From: a virus
Taxonomy: Duplodnaviria > Caudoviricetes
Reading direction: 5' to 3' (one strand)
Length of the DNA: 27,630 nucleotides
Virus record (IMG/VR): IMGVR_UViG_3300032318_002287
Coordinates: 1-27,630 of that record
The notes under the pieces were generated by a model. It was given only the letters and a program-made list of their open reading frames with translations, did not search any database and was not told the DNA's origin. The translations under genes and the position numbers were made by a program. Below, one piece after another: positions 9,974 to 19,121 of the stretch (positions are counted from its first letter, which is position 1; every line of letters begins with the position of its first letter).

Positions 9974-12718
9974 TTATAGTAACCTTGAAATATTTAAAAT
10001 GAATACTGAATTTCCCGATGCCGGTACTACTGTGCGAAGATATTGAATGCTTTCTCTAGAAGTAGATGATATATTTATTGCAGGTCCATTTCTAGATGAT
10101 GAAAGTTGTAGTGTTGTAGTATTTGCACTAATAACAAAATATCTTGAATTATTTGCTAATCCGCCAACAGTTGGCAATATTTGATATAAATTATGACCAG
10201 TTTCAGAAATTCCTGATACTATATTTATAGGTGATCCGTTAGCAGTATTTGCCAATTGCAATGAAGATGATGTTGCATTGACAACATAATATCTACCATT
10301 ATAAGCTAATCCTGATAATACAGTATTTCCAGTAGATGTTAGATACTGAACATAATCGCCATCAACTAATGAATTGGTGTTAGATGTTGTTATTACGTAA
10401 GTAGTATTTGATACGCCAGTATTAGCATTAAAGCTTTCAACATTAGCTGTTTCTTGAAAATATTGAACATAATCGCCATCACTCAATTCATTGTTGCTAT
10501 TTACTGTTATATAATCAAATGTATTGGAAACTCCAGAATTTCCATTGAAGGTTGCTGAGGTTGCAAGTTCGGCACCTAAAGTTCTATATACCGTAATATT
10601 GTTAAGAATTCTGCCCTGCTGCGAACTATCAGTCGAAGTCATCAAAGAACGACCAAATAACTCATTACCTGCAGGATGAAATAAATCTTTAAGTATTTTT
10701 TTATACTTGTCTAATGCTTTTGATGATCTTATATCATATGAATATTCTTGATAGTAATATGAATCTTGAATATACTTATTACTATCAAGGAATCCGCGAG
10801 TATCAGACCAAAAACCTTCTTGTGATCCTACGCCACCTAAATTGATAGTTGCTTTTGAAAGCTTACTTGTATTTGCTTGAGTGCTATTGTATAACTGAAT
10901 ATTTTCATTTTTAGTATAATAGCCTAAACCTGAATTTAAAATTCTTACAGTATCAACCAATCCTGTACCGATAACAACATTACCATAGATAACAGCATTG
11001 TTACCTAAAATTCCATTTCCATTTATATCAGGTGTTCCATAAGCAGAAACCAAAGGATCTACAACTGAAATACTAATATAACCATCATATCCTAAACCTG
11101 GATTGATTCCTGTTAAAGTATCAATAGTTCCTATTGTAGTAGTAACAAAGGTTATTCCTAAATTTAGTATTGTCGAAAGAGATGCATTATTTAATGAAGG
11201 ACCATATGATGTAGAATTCAATGGATAGCTAGAAACATTTATTGCAGCAATCGTATGTCCGTATTCTGATGTACCTGCAGTAATATTAATATTTGCACCT
11301 GCATAATCTGTTGCAAGTTTAAATCCTGATGTATTAGCATTTACAACATAATAGATAGTATTATTTGATAGTCCTGAAATGGCAGTATTACCTGCTTCAA
11401 CAAGATATGTTACGTGGTCACCATTAGCAAATAAATTGTTAGGAATACTAATAAAATCTGTTGTATTTGCAACATCTGTTAAAGCATTAAATCTAACAAC
11501 TTGATCTTTATAAAAATTATGCCCGTTGCCTGTACTTGAAGTAATGTTGATATTAGCACCAGCACGGGTTGTAGATAATTTAAATCCTAATGAGTTAGCA
11601 GAAACAACCCAATAAGAAGTGTTATTAGTCAAACCTGTAATTGCAGTATTACCCGCAGAGGTAGTATATAAAATCCTATCATTATTAGCAAAACTATTGG
11701 TATTTGCAGTTGTAATAAAATCAGTAGTGCTATTGATTGTGTTTGCAATAGTTGTTTCTGTAATAGGATAGTATGCAGCATAATTTAGCAATGATGTAGA
11801 ATATACAAAAGATGTAGTATCTTTAAGTGTTACACCTGTAAAAGTAGCACCCGTTCCTGTAGAGTTAGATCCTGCAGAAACTGTTATTGTTGGGTTGGCA
11901 GTATATCCTGATCCTCCATTTATTACTTTAAATATAATAGTCGCATTAGAAGTACCTGCATTAATTGTATTAGATACAGATGTTTTTAATCCAATTCCTG
12001 AACCATTACCGGAAGAAGGAATCAATATATCTCCACCTGCATTATCAGGAACAGAAGCTGTTATTGTTAAAGATACAGGAGATCCTAAAATTTTAGGTGC
12101 GTTTCTCGCTTCCAATCCTTCATAGGTTACTTTTTCATCAATGATAAAGGTGCCTTGAATATGACTTATATAAAAAATATTAATAATTCTATCATTACCA
12201 AACGTTCTTTCAAATGATTCTACGAACGCAGTTGCACCTGATGTTCCGCCAGTAATTAATTTATTATTAAAATTATAATTGTAATCTGTATATGATATTT
12301 CTAGATATTTTTTCTCAATCCAGTTTCCATGAGAAGGCTTGAGCATATCATATGATGGAATATAAACATTAATTTCTTCATTATAAAGCAATCTAAAAAG
12401 AAGTTTTAATCCATCAAGAGAACCTTTTGATCTATAAAGATCAAAAATATGTTTTTGTAGAAATCGCTTGTCACCAGCAATTTCTTTAGGAACACCAATC
12501 AAATATTTTTTCTTAAATTCTTCTACAAAAGCATCAGCAGTTAAATCAATATCTCTAGTAGAAAACAAATTTCTAGTTTTATTTGTTTGCTTTCCTTCAG
12601 ATTCCATCCATTCATAATAAGCTTTTACAAACTCAATGAATTTAGGACCTTCTTCACGATAGAAAGCAGGAAACTGTTGTTCTATAAATGTTGAAATATA
12701 TTCTGGTGTTGGTAACAT
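9974..12718 (-). CDS. Baseplate wedge protein, gp7-like
   Basis: N-terminal QFPAFYREEGPKFIEFVKAYYEWME..DID...YRSKGS..GLKLLFRLLY, and QDSYYYQEYSY.I.S......K.LFHPAG; lies directly after gp6. Confidence 0.7.
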   Translation of the reverse strand: MLPTPEYISTFIEQQFPAFYREEGPKFIEFVKAYYEWMESEGKQTNKTRNLFSTRDIDLTADAFVEEFKKKYLIGVPKEIAGDKRFLQKHIFDLYRSKGSLDGLKLLFRLLYNEEINVYIPSYDMLKPSHGNWIEKKYLEISYTDYNYNFNNKLITGGTSGATAFVESFERTFGNDRIINIFYISHIQGTFIIDEKVTYEGLEARNAPKILGSPVSLTITASVPDNAGGDILIPSSGNGSGIGLKTSVSNTINAGTSNATIIFKVINGGSGYTANPTITVSAGSNSTGTGATFTGVTLKDTTSFVYSTSLLNYAAYYPITETTIANTINSTTDFITTANTNSFANNDRILYTTSAGNTAITGLTNNTSYWVVSANSLGFKLSTTRAGANINITSSTGNGHNFYKDQVVRFNALTDVANTTDFISIPNNLFANGDHVTYLVEAGNTAISGLSNNTIYYVVNANTSGFKLATDYAGANINITAGTSEYGHTIAAINVSSYPLNSTSYGPSLNNASLSTILNLGITFVTTTIGTIDTLTGINPGLGYDGYISISVVDPLVSAYGTPDINGNGILGNNAVIYGNVVIGTGLVDTVRILNSGLGYYTKNENIQLYNSTQANTSKLSKATINLGGVGSQEGFWSDTRGFLDSNKYIQDSYYYQEYSYDIRSSKALDKYKKILKDLFHPAGNELFGRSLMTSTDSSQQGRILNNITVYRTLGAELATSATFNGNSGVSNTFDYITVNSNNELSDGDYVQYFQETANVESFNANTGVSNTTYVITTSNTNSLVDGDYVQYLTSTGNTVLSGLAYNGRYYVVNATSSSLQLANTANGSPINIVSGISETGHNLYQILPTVGGLANNSRYFVISANTTTLQLSSSRNGPAINISSTSRESIQYLRTVVPASGNSVFILNISRLL

Positions 12719-14547
12719 TATGCTTTTGCTATGTCATTCATTGTTAATGAAATATTTGTTGATTCTATTATTAAAAATTTATTTTTAATTGAATATAAAT
12801 CTTTACCTTTTGGCAAAGCATATATCTGTATATAGTTTCCAATATATGATTTGACTGTAGTAGAAATTAAAATTTCACCGGTAATATAATTAACAGTACC
12901 TATATCAGATGCGATTGCTGTTCTAGTACTAACACCATTAATAATTTGATAAGTATAAACATTTAAAGCACCTTGACCATCATCTCCTATATAAGATAGA
13001 TAATCTATATCATTACTAGTATATGTAAAGGTATCAGAAACAATTACTTGCTCATGTCCTTGTGGTATTGCGTAAGAAATTGCTTCATGGAACAATTCAT
13101 TATCAAATGAAAATGAAAGAGTATTTTTAATATTAAAAGTAGGAATCCATCTTTTAATAAGACGAAGTTTAGTTTCATTGCTTACTATAGAATCATCCGA
13201 ATTATCAATACTAGAAACAAATTTTGAATAACGAAGATCTGAACCAAATTCAGTAAGATTTAAATTTCCATAATTTAATATTGCATTTTCTGCTAAAGCT
13301 TTTAATTGTGCTGAACTTTTAGATGTTATTGATGAATTATAATTTATTGTAGAGTTAATGTCAATGTAAAAAAATTCAGGATCAATGATGATTGGTTCGG
13401 TTGTAAGATTTTTTAATTTGAGATAATTTACAATATTTACCTTTAAAGAATCAGAAATCAAACCTACAGTTCCGTATGGTTTTACTGCAATACCTACTCT
13501 TCCATATTGAGGTGGATTTAATTCTTCACCTCCATATGCGTTGACTGCTTGTAGTTGTGGAAATTTAGCTTTTACTATAGCAACATAATCTTGAGATGTT
13601 ATAGTTCTACCTTGTGTAGGAAAATAACGAGGTGCATTAAATTTTATAGAATCAATATTTTCTCTTTCAGAACCTTCGGTGGCTGCTCTTACAGTTGCCA
13701 CTGAAATATTTGTATATTGATTGGCATCAACATCATAAAGAGCACTTCCTTTTTTGAAAATGTAAGCGCCGTTTCCTAATTCACCTAATGTATCTCTATA
13801 AGTAACTTTAATAATATTTCCTTGAGATAATTTTCTACCTGTAACATCATTACCAAAATAAATTTGATATTTGTTGTCGCCATATCCTTGAATGAAATAA
13901 GAATTAGATGTAGGAGTCAATCCAAATAAAGATTCTGCAACTTCATAAGTATGTGATATGGTGCTTGTAGAAGATTCATACACATATACAGAAACTGAAC
14001 GAGTATCAATATTATCTGATTGTAAATTGTATATATTGCTATTTGCAACAACATTGAAATATTCGGTTACTATAGATCCTTCGTATATTGCAGTATTTGA
14101 AGAAATATATGATCCATTAATAGGTCTAATTATGATATCATCAGGAACAGAATAATATAATGTTGTTCCGCTTATACTTGTAGTAAATGTATAATTTTTA
14201 GGTATAGTAATATACGCAGGAGTCCTATTACCAGGATCTACCGTGATATCAATATAAGCAACTGCAGAAGTTTTTGAACGAGGAAGATAATTCAATTCTT
14301 TAGAATGTGATACTGCAGATTCTCTTAGTTGTGCAGTATCAAGAAACATTTCTGATCCTACCATATTCAAGTAAAATGAATTTAAATATGTATTATAGGA
14401 AAGAACATCTAATAATACTTGAAAGTTAGATGCTTCAAAATTGTAATCTGAGAACCTATCTTGTGATTTTAGATAAGTAATCAAATTAGATTTAATTGAA
14501 TTAAAATCTAACTCTGTAGTTGATAAGAATCCAGTATTACTAGCCAT
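12718..14547 (-). CDS. gp6: Baseplate wedge subunit gp6
   Basis: ELDFNSIKSNL..YLK.Q..FSDYNFEASN..VLLDVLSYNTY...EMFLDTAQLRES.VSH.K.L.Y.P, IYFGNDV.G, E.IDSIKFNAP...Q.R.IT..DY, AYGGEE..PPQYG. Confidence 0.92.
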   Translation of the reverse strand: MASNTGFLSTTELDFNSIKSNLITYLKSQDRFSDYNFEASNFQVLLDVLSYNTYLNSFYLNMVGSEMFLDTAQLRESAVSHSKELNYLPRSKTSAVAYIDITVDPGNRTPAYITIPKNYTFTTSISGTTLYYSVPDDIIIRPINGSYISSNTAIYEGSIVTEYFNVVANSNIYNLQSDNIDTRSVSVYVYESSTSTISHTYEVAESLFGLTPTSNSYFIQGYGDNKYQIYFGNDVTGRKLSQGNIIKVTYRDTLGELGNGAYIFKKGSALYDVDANQYTNISVATVRAATEGSERENIDSIKFNAPRYFPTQGRTITSQDYVAIVKAKFPQLQAVNAYGGEELNPPQYGRVGIAVKPYGTVGLISDSLKVNIVNYLKLKNLTTEPIIIDPEFFYIDINSTINYNSSITSKSSAQLKALAENAILNYGNLNLTEFGSDLRYSKFVSSIDNSDDSIVSNETKLRLIKRWIPTFNIKNTLSFSFDNELFHEAISYAIPQGHEQVIVSDTFTYTSNDIDYLSYIGDDGQGALNVYTYQIINGVSTRTAIASDIGTVNYITGEILISTTVKSYIGNYIQIYALPKGKDLYSIKNKFLIIESTNISLTMNDIAKA

Positions 14548-14550
14548 TTA

Positions 14551-14955
14551 TTATCTTACTCTAGTTAGCATGGTATTGAAAATGATTGGTTCAGGATTAT
14601 TTATTGTAGAAAAAACAATTGTAAGAGCATAAGCGTTTTGATCTTCTTTTGGAGTCACGACCACTTGAATTAATTGTGCTCTTGGTTCGAAATTTTGAAT
14701 AGAAATTTCTACTTGTTTTTTAATATAATAGGCAGTATTTAGATCCATATTTTCAAAGAGAGATGCTCTTATTCCGCCACCAAAATAAGGTGCAAAAAAA
14801 CGTTCACCTGGATCAGTAAATATTATATTTTTTATTGATTGCTTTATTGAGTCCGTGTCTTCCAATACATAGAGATCTTTGCGAACCGGATGGGCGTCAA
14901 AGTTAACATAAAAATCTTTATATCTTGCTTCTTGGCGTAGAGTTTTTATTGTCAT
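14551..14955 (-). CDS. gp25: Baseplate wedge subunit gp25
   Basis: YKD..VNF.AHPV..DL....D..SIKQSIKNII.T.PGERFF.P.FG..I...LFE...IQNFEPR...L.RVR; directly upstream of gp6. Confidence 0.93.
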   Translation of the reverse strand: MTIKTLRQEARYKDFYVNFDAHPVRKDLYVLEDTDSIKQSIKNIIFTDPGERFFAPYFGGGIRASLFENMDLNTAYYIKKQVEISIQNFEPRAQLIQVVVTPKEDQNAYALTIVFSTINNPEPIIFNTMLTRVR

Positions 14956-14960
14956 AATAG

Positions 14961-14968
14961 TATTTATA
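14961..14968 (-). promoter_or_regulatory. T4-type late promoter (gp55-dependent -10 element TATAAATA)
   Basis: Minus strand reads TATAAATA-CTATT-ATG at the junction into gp25; exact consensus. Confidence 0.75.
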
Positions 14969-17033
14969 ATGAAGTAGCACAGACAGAAAGATAAGCAGGA
15001 TTATATCTTTGAACTTCATTTCCTACTGATGCTGCTAATTTCCATCCCTCATTATGAACGCTTGTTGGGAATGGACTAGCAGTATCATCAACGATAACGC
15101 TTGCCATTGCAATCATAAAAGGAATAGAATGATCAGAACGTCTTGCTTCTAATACAGAATTAGTTGGAACATTCAATATATTACAAAGATTAGCAGTTTT
15201 TTGATTTATTGCATCTGCAAGAGGACCTGATGTTGGTGCTATATTTGCACCGATGAGAACTCGTGATACCATATTAACCAGTGATGTTGTACCTCCCATA
15301 GAAGCAAAATTCTGCAAACCAAATGAAGATGTTCCTGATCCTGATGCATTAGATGGAAATGCACCTATTCTTTTACAAAATAATTGATCCATTGCACCAT
15401 GAGCACCTTGAAATTCGCCAAAGAAAGCTTTTCCTTGATATGATGGAGGATTTAATTGTGGGTTTTTATATAGAACAGATGGAGGTATTCTTTGTCCTAA
15501 TGTTAATTCAGTTATGATACCTGATGGAGCGGTGCCACCTAATTTAGCTAATTGCATACCTGCAGCCAATCCAATATTGCCAGGACTACTCAATGCACCA
15601 AGTGCACTCATGATTCCGTTTGCTGCAGAAAGTAAACTTGCTCCTTGTGTAGCAATCTTTATCATGCTATTAGAAACGTCGAATTTTTTAGCAGCAGTTG
15701 TAGCAATATTTGCAATACTTGAAATGTTATTAGTAATATTTTGAATGTCACGGATTGTTCTTGTTAATGATGATAGTTGTCCCATAAGAGGCATCATGCT
15801 CGCAACACCAGAAACGCTCATAGCAGATATTGTGCTATTGATATTTGTAGTGATATTTGAAAAGTTACCTGCAATCGTAGGTAATTGACTTATTGCTGCT
15901 TGATATGCAATTTTACCTAATGCAGTATTTGGCAAAGAAGGTAATGCAGAAAATAATGAAGTCAAACCTACTGTTGTTGTGATATCTTTTATAATATCTT
16001 TTATTTGATTTGTTACTATGTTGACAACAGGAAACTGTCCTAATGCTGCATTGAGAAGATTTCCTCCAACCATAGTTGCTGCACCTGCAAGATTAACAGC
16101 ACCGCCAATTGCTGCTGCTGTAGAAAGCGCTCTATTTAACCCACCAGGAATATTATTATAATTGCCAGATACCTGTGCAAGATTTTGTAGCGTACTATAG
16201 GGACTTGAATTATGATCCATTGCAGCTAATGCATAATATTTTGTGCTATATTGAAAGTTTATTGATGCAACAGCATTAGCAAGATACCCAATTTTATAAA
16301 GGTTTTTTAAATTGAGAATTTGAAATGGTTCTCTAAGTATATTGGGATTTTCTAATTCTCTAATACCGACTACACATGCAATATGATTCATATCTAAAGG
16401 ATTATCTACAGTAATAAGAATATAAAGAAAATCTTCTAAAACATCATAAGGAACTATTCCTAATGAAGCAAATTGTCTTGCTTTTGCTTGCAGCAATTCT
16501 TTTTCAGGATCATATAGAAAATAATCATTTACTTTAGATCTTTGACGACTTGATTTTGCAGTTATAGCAGCGATATTTCTTGCTAATGCTGTAAGTCCTG
16601 CAGCCATATCAACTGCTTTATTAAATGCAGCATCTTCGTTAGACAATGACTGATCGCCGGCGAATCCTTTTTCCTGAAGATATCCTTTTTGCTTGTTTGC
16701 GATAGCATCAGGACCTAGAACAGTTTCAGATCCTCCGTTTGATTCTTCAGCAGGTCTTCTTGGAGGTTGCGGAACTTCACCATTAGGAAATGCGTTTTCA
16801 TAGTTATTTTTTGCTGTTGCTTCTGCATCTACATCTTTAGGTTCTGGATTTCCTGCAGAATCAAATGTTTGAACTATACCTAAATCATTTGTATATTGAT
16901 ATTCTGAAGCAATAGGTCCTATATCGGGTGTAGGTTCTACAACAGGAGGAACTCCTGTTTCAGGATATTTTGTGAAATCTAATTCAATATTATATGCATC
17001 TATTGCTGCTTGATTTACAGTTGAATCTGCCAT
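14964..17033 (-). CDS. Hypothetical 689-aa protein, probably virion-associated
   Basis: Long ORF coupled to its neighbours (TAAtATG); acidic/Pro-rich N-terminus, long Ala/Gly/Ser/Ile-rich low-charge middle; no family recognised. Confidence 0.8.
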   Translation of the reverse strand: MADSTVNQAAIDAYNIELDFTKYPETGVPPVVEPTPDIGPIASEYQYTNDLGIVQTFDSAGNPEPKDVDAEATAKNNYENAFPNGEVPQPPRRPAEESNGGSETVLGPDAIANKQKGYLQEKGFAGDQSLSNEDAAFNKAVDMAAGLTALARNIAAITAKSSRQRSKVNDYFLYDPEKELLQAKARQFASLGIVPYDVLEDFLYILITVDNPLDMNHIACVVGIRELENPNILREPFQILNLKNLYKIGYLANAVASINFQYSTKYYALAAMDHNSSPYSTLQNLAQVSGNYNNIPGGLNRALSTAAAIGGAVNLAGAATMVGGNLLNAALGQFPVVNIVTNQIKDIIKDITTTVGLTSLFSALPSLPNTALGKIAYQAAISQLPTIAGNFSNITTNINSTISAMSVSGVASMMPLMGQLSSLTRTIRDIQNITNNISSIANIATTAAKKFDVSNSMIKIATQGASLLSAANGIMSALGALSSPGNIGLAAGMQLAKLGGTAPSGIITELTLGQRIPPSVLYKNPQLNPPSYQGKAFFGEFQGAHGAMDQLFCKRIGAFPSNASGSGTSSFGLQNFASMGGTTSLVNMVSRVLIGANIAPTSGPLADAINQKTANLCNILNVPTNSVLEARRSDHSIPFMIAMASVIVDDTASPFPTSVHNEGWKLAASVGNEVQRYNPAYLSVCATSL

Positions 17034-17034
17034 A

Positions 17035-19116
17035 TTACGCTAACCCCATTCTTTTGAGTCCTTGCACAGCATATGCTAATTGTAATCCATCTGTTCTAGA
17101 TTGACATTTTGGATCAGAACATGTCCATACTGTTCTAGCACCTCGTTGTCCTACCGGTGCTGCTTCACAATGTATATGAACTGTTCCTGCATGATTTGCT
17201 TCTAAAAATAATCTATCAAAAGCAACATTTTCTCTTATCCATTTTGCCATTTCAGCAGTTTCTGCAAAGTTTCTTGCTGATGATGCCATATCAACTGCTA
17301 GTCCAGAATAATGTCTTGATCCGCCAGAACCAATACGAAGATAATCAGTAATTCGAATTTTTCCTCCAAATTGACGAAGAACAGGATCAAGAACATTATA
17401 TGCTAGATGTGAAGCATTATGCAAAATTTGTGCTCTATTTAATCCATTATTTGTTGCACCACATCTCATCAACCCAGGCAACATACCAACAGTGACAAGA
17501 CGAGAAAGTTTATCATTGTTGTTTTGAACTGATGAAGGAATTGGAAAAGGATTTTTTTCACCAACTTGATTATTGTTTGATCCATCATAAGTTTGATTTG
17601 ACGAATCCGGAATACTTCCTGCTGAATCTCCCATAGTCGTAGGAGATCCGGCACCTTGATTTGGTTGAGCTCTTGCTTTTGCTCTAGGATTAGGTGATCC
17701 TCCTTCGTTTTCATAACGAGACATTTCTTCTGCGTTCATCTTTTTTGCGTTCAAAGGAAAATCAGGTGCTTCTACTTCAGAAGTCATAGTATCGAGAACT
17801 TCTTTTGCAGTAGGAAATTCTGCTTTGCTTGGAGAAACAATTGAGGGCGGCGCACGAGGATCTGTTACTTCAATTGCACCGGGTGCAGTGGGGGTTGTAG
17901 CAGATGCAGGATTATCTCCAGTATCAGTAGATGTTTGGCCTGGTTTTGCTCTAATTAAAGGTGTGGATGTATGAATTTCTGTAGATCCATCTAAATGAAC
18001 AGAAGGGGCAATAACATATGCAGTTGCAGTACCTTGTAGTGTTGTATTTGCACCTTTGATATTAAAGTTTTTAGTTGCATTAAAATTGACGTTAGCAGAA
18101 TATATATTTACATCATTTGTTCCGCTAATAGAAGCACTAGATCCTTTGATATCTAAAGTACCTTGTACGTCCATATAAAAATCACCAGGACAACTCATAA
18201 CAGAATTACCTTTGGTTCTAAAGGCAAGGTTCTGATCAGATTCAAGAGTAGTATCTTCTTTTGATACTGTATAGATTGATTTTTGTGCAGAAAGATTTAC
18301 ATTTTCTTTAGCTAAAAGATTTAAACTATTAGTATCAACTTCAAAGGTGGATGATTCTTTTGCTCTAATATCAACACCTTTTTGAGTATCAAGTTTCAAG
18401 TCGCCATTAGTTCTTACTTCGAAATTTCCGCCACTATCAAAACGATTTTGTCCTGCTACCTGTGTTCTTAAATCACCTGCAATAGTTGTTCTTTTTATAC
18501 CACCAATAGTTTCAATAACATCTTTAGTTGCTTCAAAATTTAATGTACCATCAGATGAAAATGTAGTTGCGCCATCAACATTAAGAACATAGTCGCCACC
18601 AACATCCATATATAGATGACCACCAACATTAAATTCAAGATTACCTTCTGTTTCAACAGTAATACCTGAATTACCTTTAATTATAACACGTTGGTTTGCT
18701 GCAATAACGCCATCACCGCGTGAAGCATTCAATCCAAAACCTTTAAGTCCTGAAGGCATCAAGAAAATAGCACCATCGGCATCAATCATTATTGCTGAAC
18801 CTGTATGATGTACTATTTCAATTGTTTCTGCACCGGGTGTACCATTTATTTGAATTTTATTTCCTGTAGGTGTGCTAAATCCATGACTGTCTTCTGCACT
18901 AGGAGTAAGACCCGATCCGGATCCTGTTCCTGCAAAAGGTCCAGTAAATGTTTTTTGAACATCTGATTGATGTACTGCTGCTTCTTTTACTGATACTTCA
19001 AAAGTAGGAATAGGTGGCGTTGGATGCTGTATTTCTGCTGATCCTGGACCAAGACCTACGCCTTCAGGATTAGTAATTTCTTTTGATTCTTTATTATTTA
19101 AATTGAATTCAGTCAT
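17035..19116 (-). CDS. gp5 C-terminal part: beta-helix spike fused to an M15-family Zn peptidase
   Basis: GN..I.I..TPGAE.I.I.H.TGS segment and octapeptide (V/I)xG repeats (NVGGHLYMDVGGDYVLNVDG..TIGG..TIAG..QVAG); C-terminal LAYNVLDP..FG..I.IT..R...SRHYSGLAVD...WI....FD.L.LE....HIH matches SxHxxGxAxD plus HxH. Confidence 0.8.
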   Translation of the reverse strand: MTEFNLNNKESKEITNPEGVGLGPGSAEIQHPTPPIPTFEVSVKEAAVHQSDVQKTFTGPFAGTGSGSGLTPSAEDSHGFSTPTGNKIQINGTPGAETIEIVHHTGSAIMIDADGAIFLMPSGLKGFGLNASRGDGVIAANQRVIIKGNSGITVETEGNLEFNVGGHLYMDVGGDYVLNVDGATTFSSDGTLNFEATKDVIETIGGIKRTTIAGDLRTQVAGQNRFDSGGNFEVRTNGDLKLDTQKGVDIRAKESSTFEVDTNSLNLLAKENVNLSAQKSIYTVSKEDTTLESDQNLAFRTKGNSVMSCPGDFYMDVQGTLDIKGSSASISGTNDVNIYSANVNFNATKNFNIKGANTTLQGTATAYVIAPSVHLDGSTEIHTSTPLIRAKPGQTSTDTGDNPASATTPTAPGAIEVTDPRAPPSIVSPSKAEFPTAKEVLDTMTSEVEAPDFPLNAKKMNAEEMSRYENEGGSPNPRAKARAQPNQGAGSPTTMGDSAGSIPDSSNQTYDGSNNNQVGEKNPFPIPSSVQNNNDKLSRLVTVGMLPGLMRCGATNNGLNRAQILHNASHLAYNVLDPVLRQFGGKIRITDYLRIGSGGSRHYSGLAVDMASSARNFAETAEMAKWIRENVAFDRLFLEANHAGTVHIHCEAAPVGQRGARTVWTCSDPKCQSRTDGLQLAYAVQGLKRMGLA

Positions 19117-19121
19117 TTATG

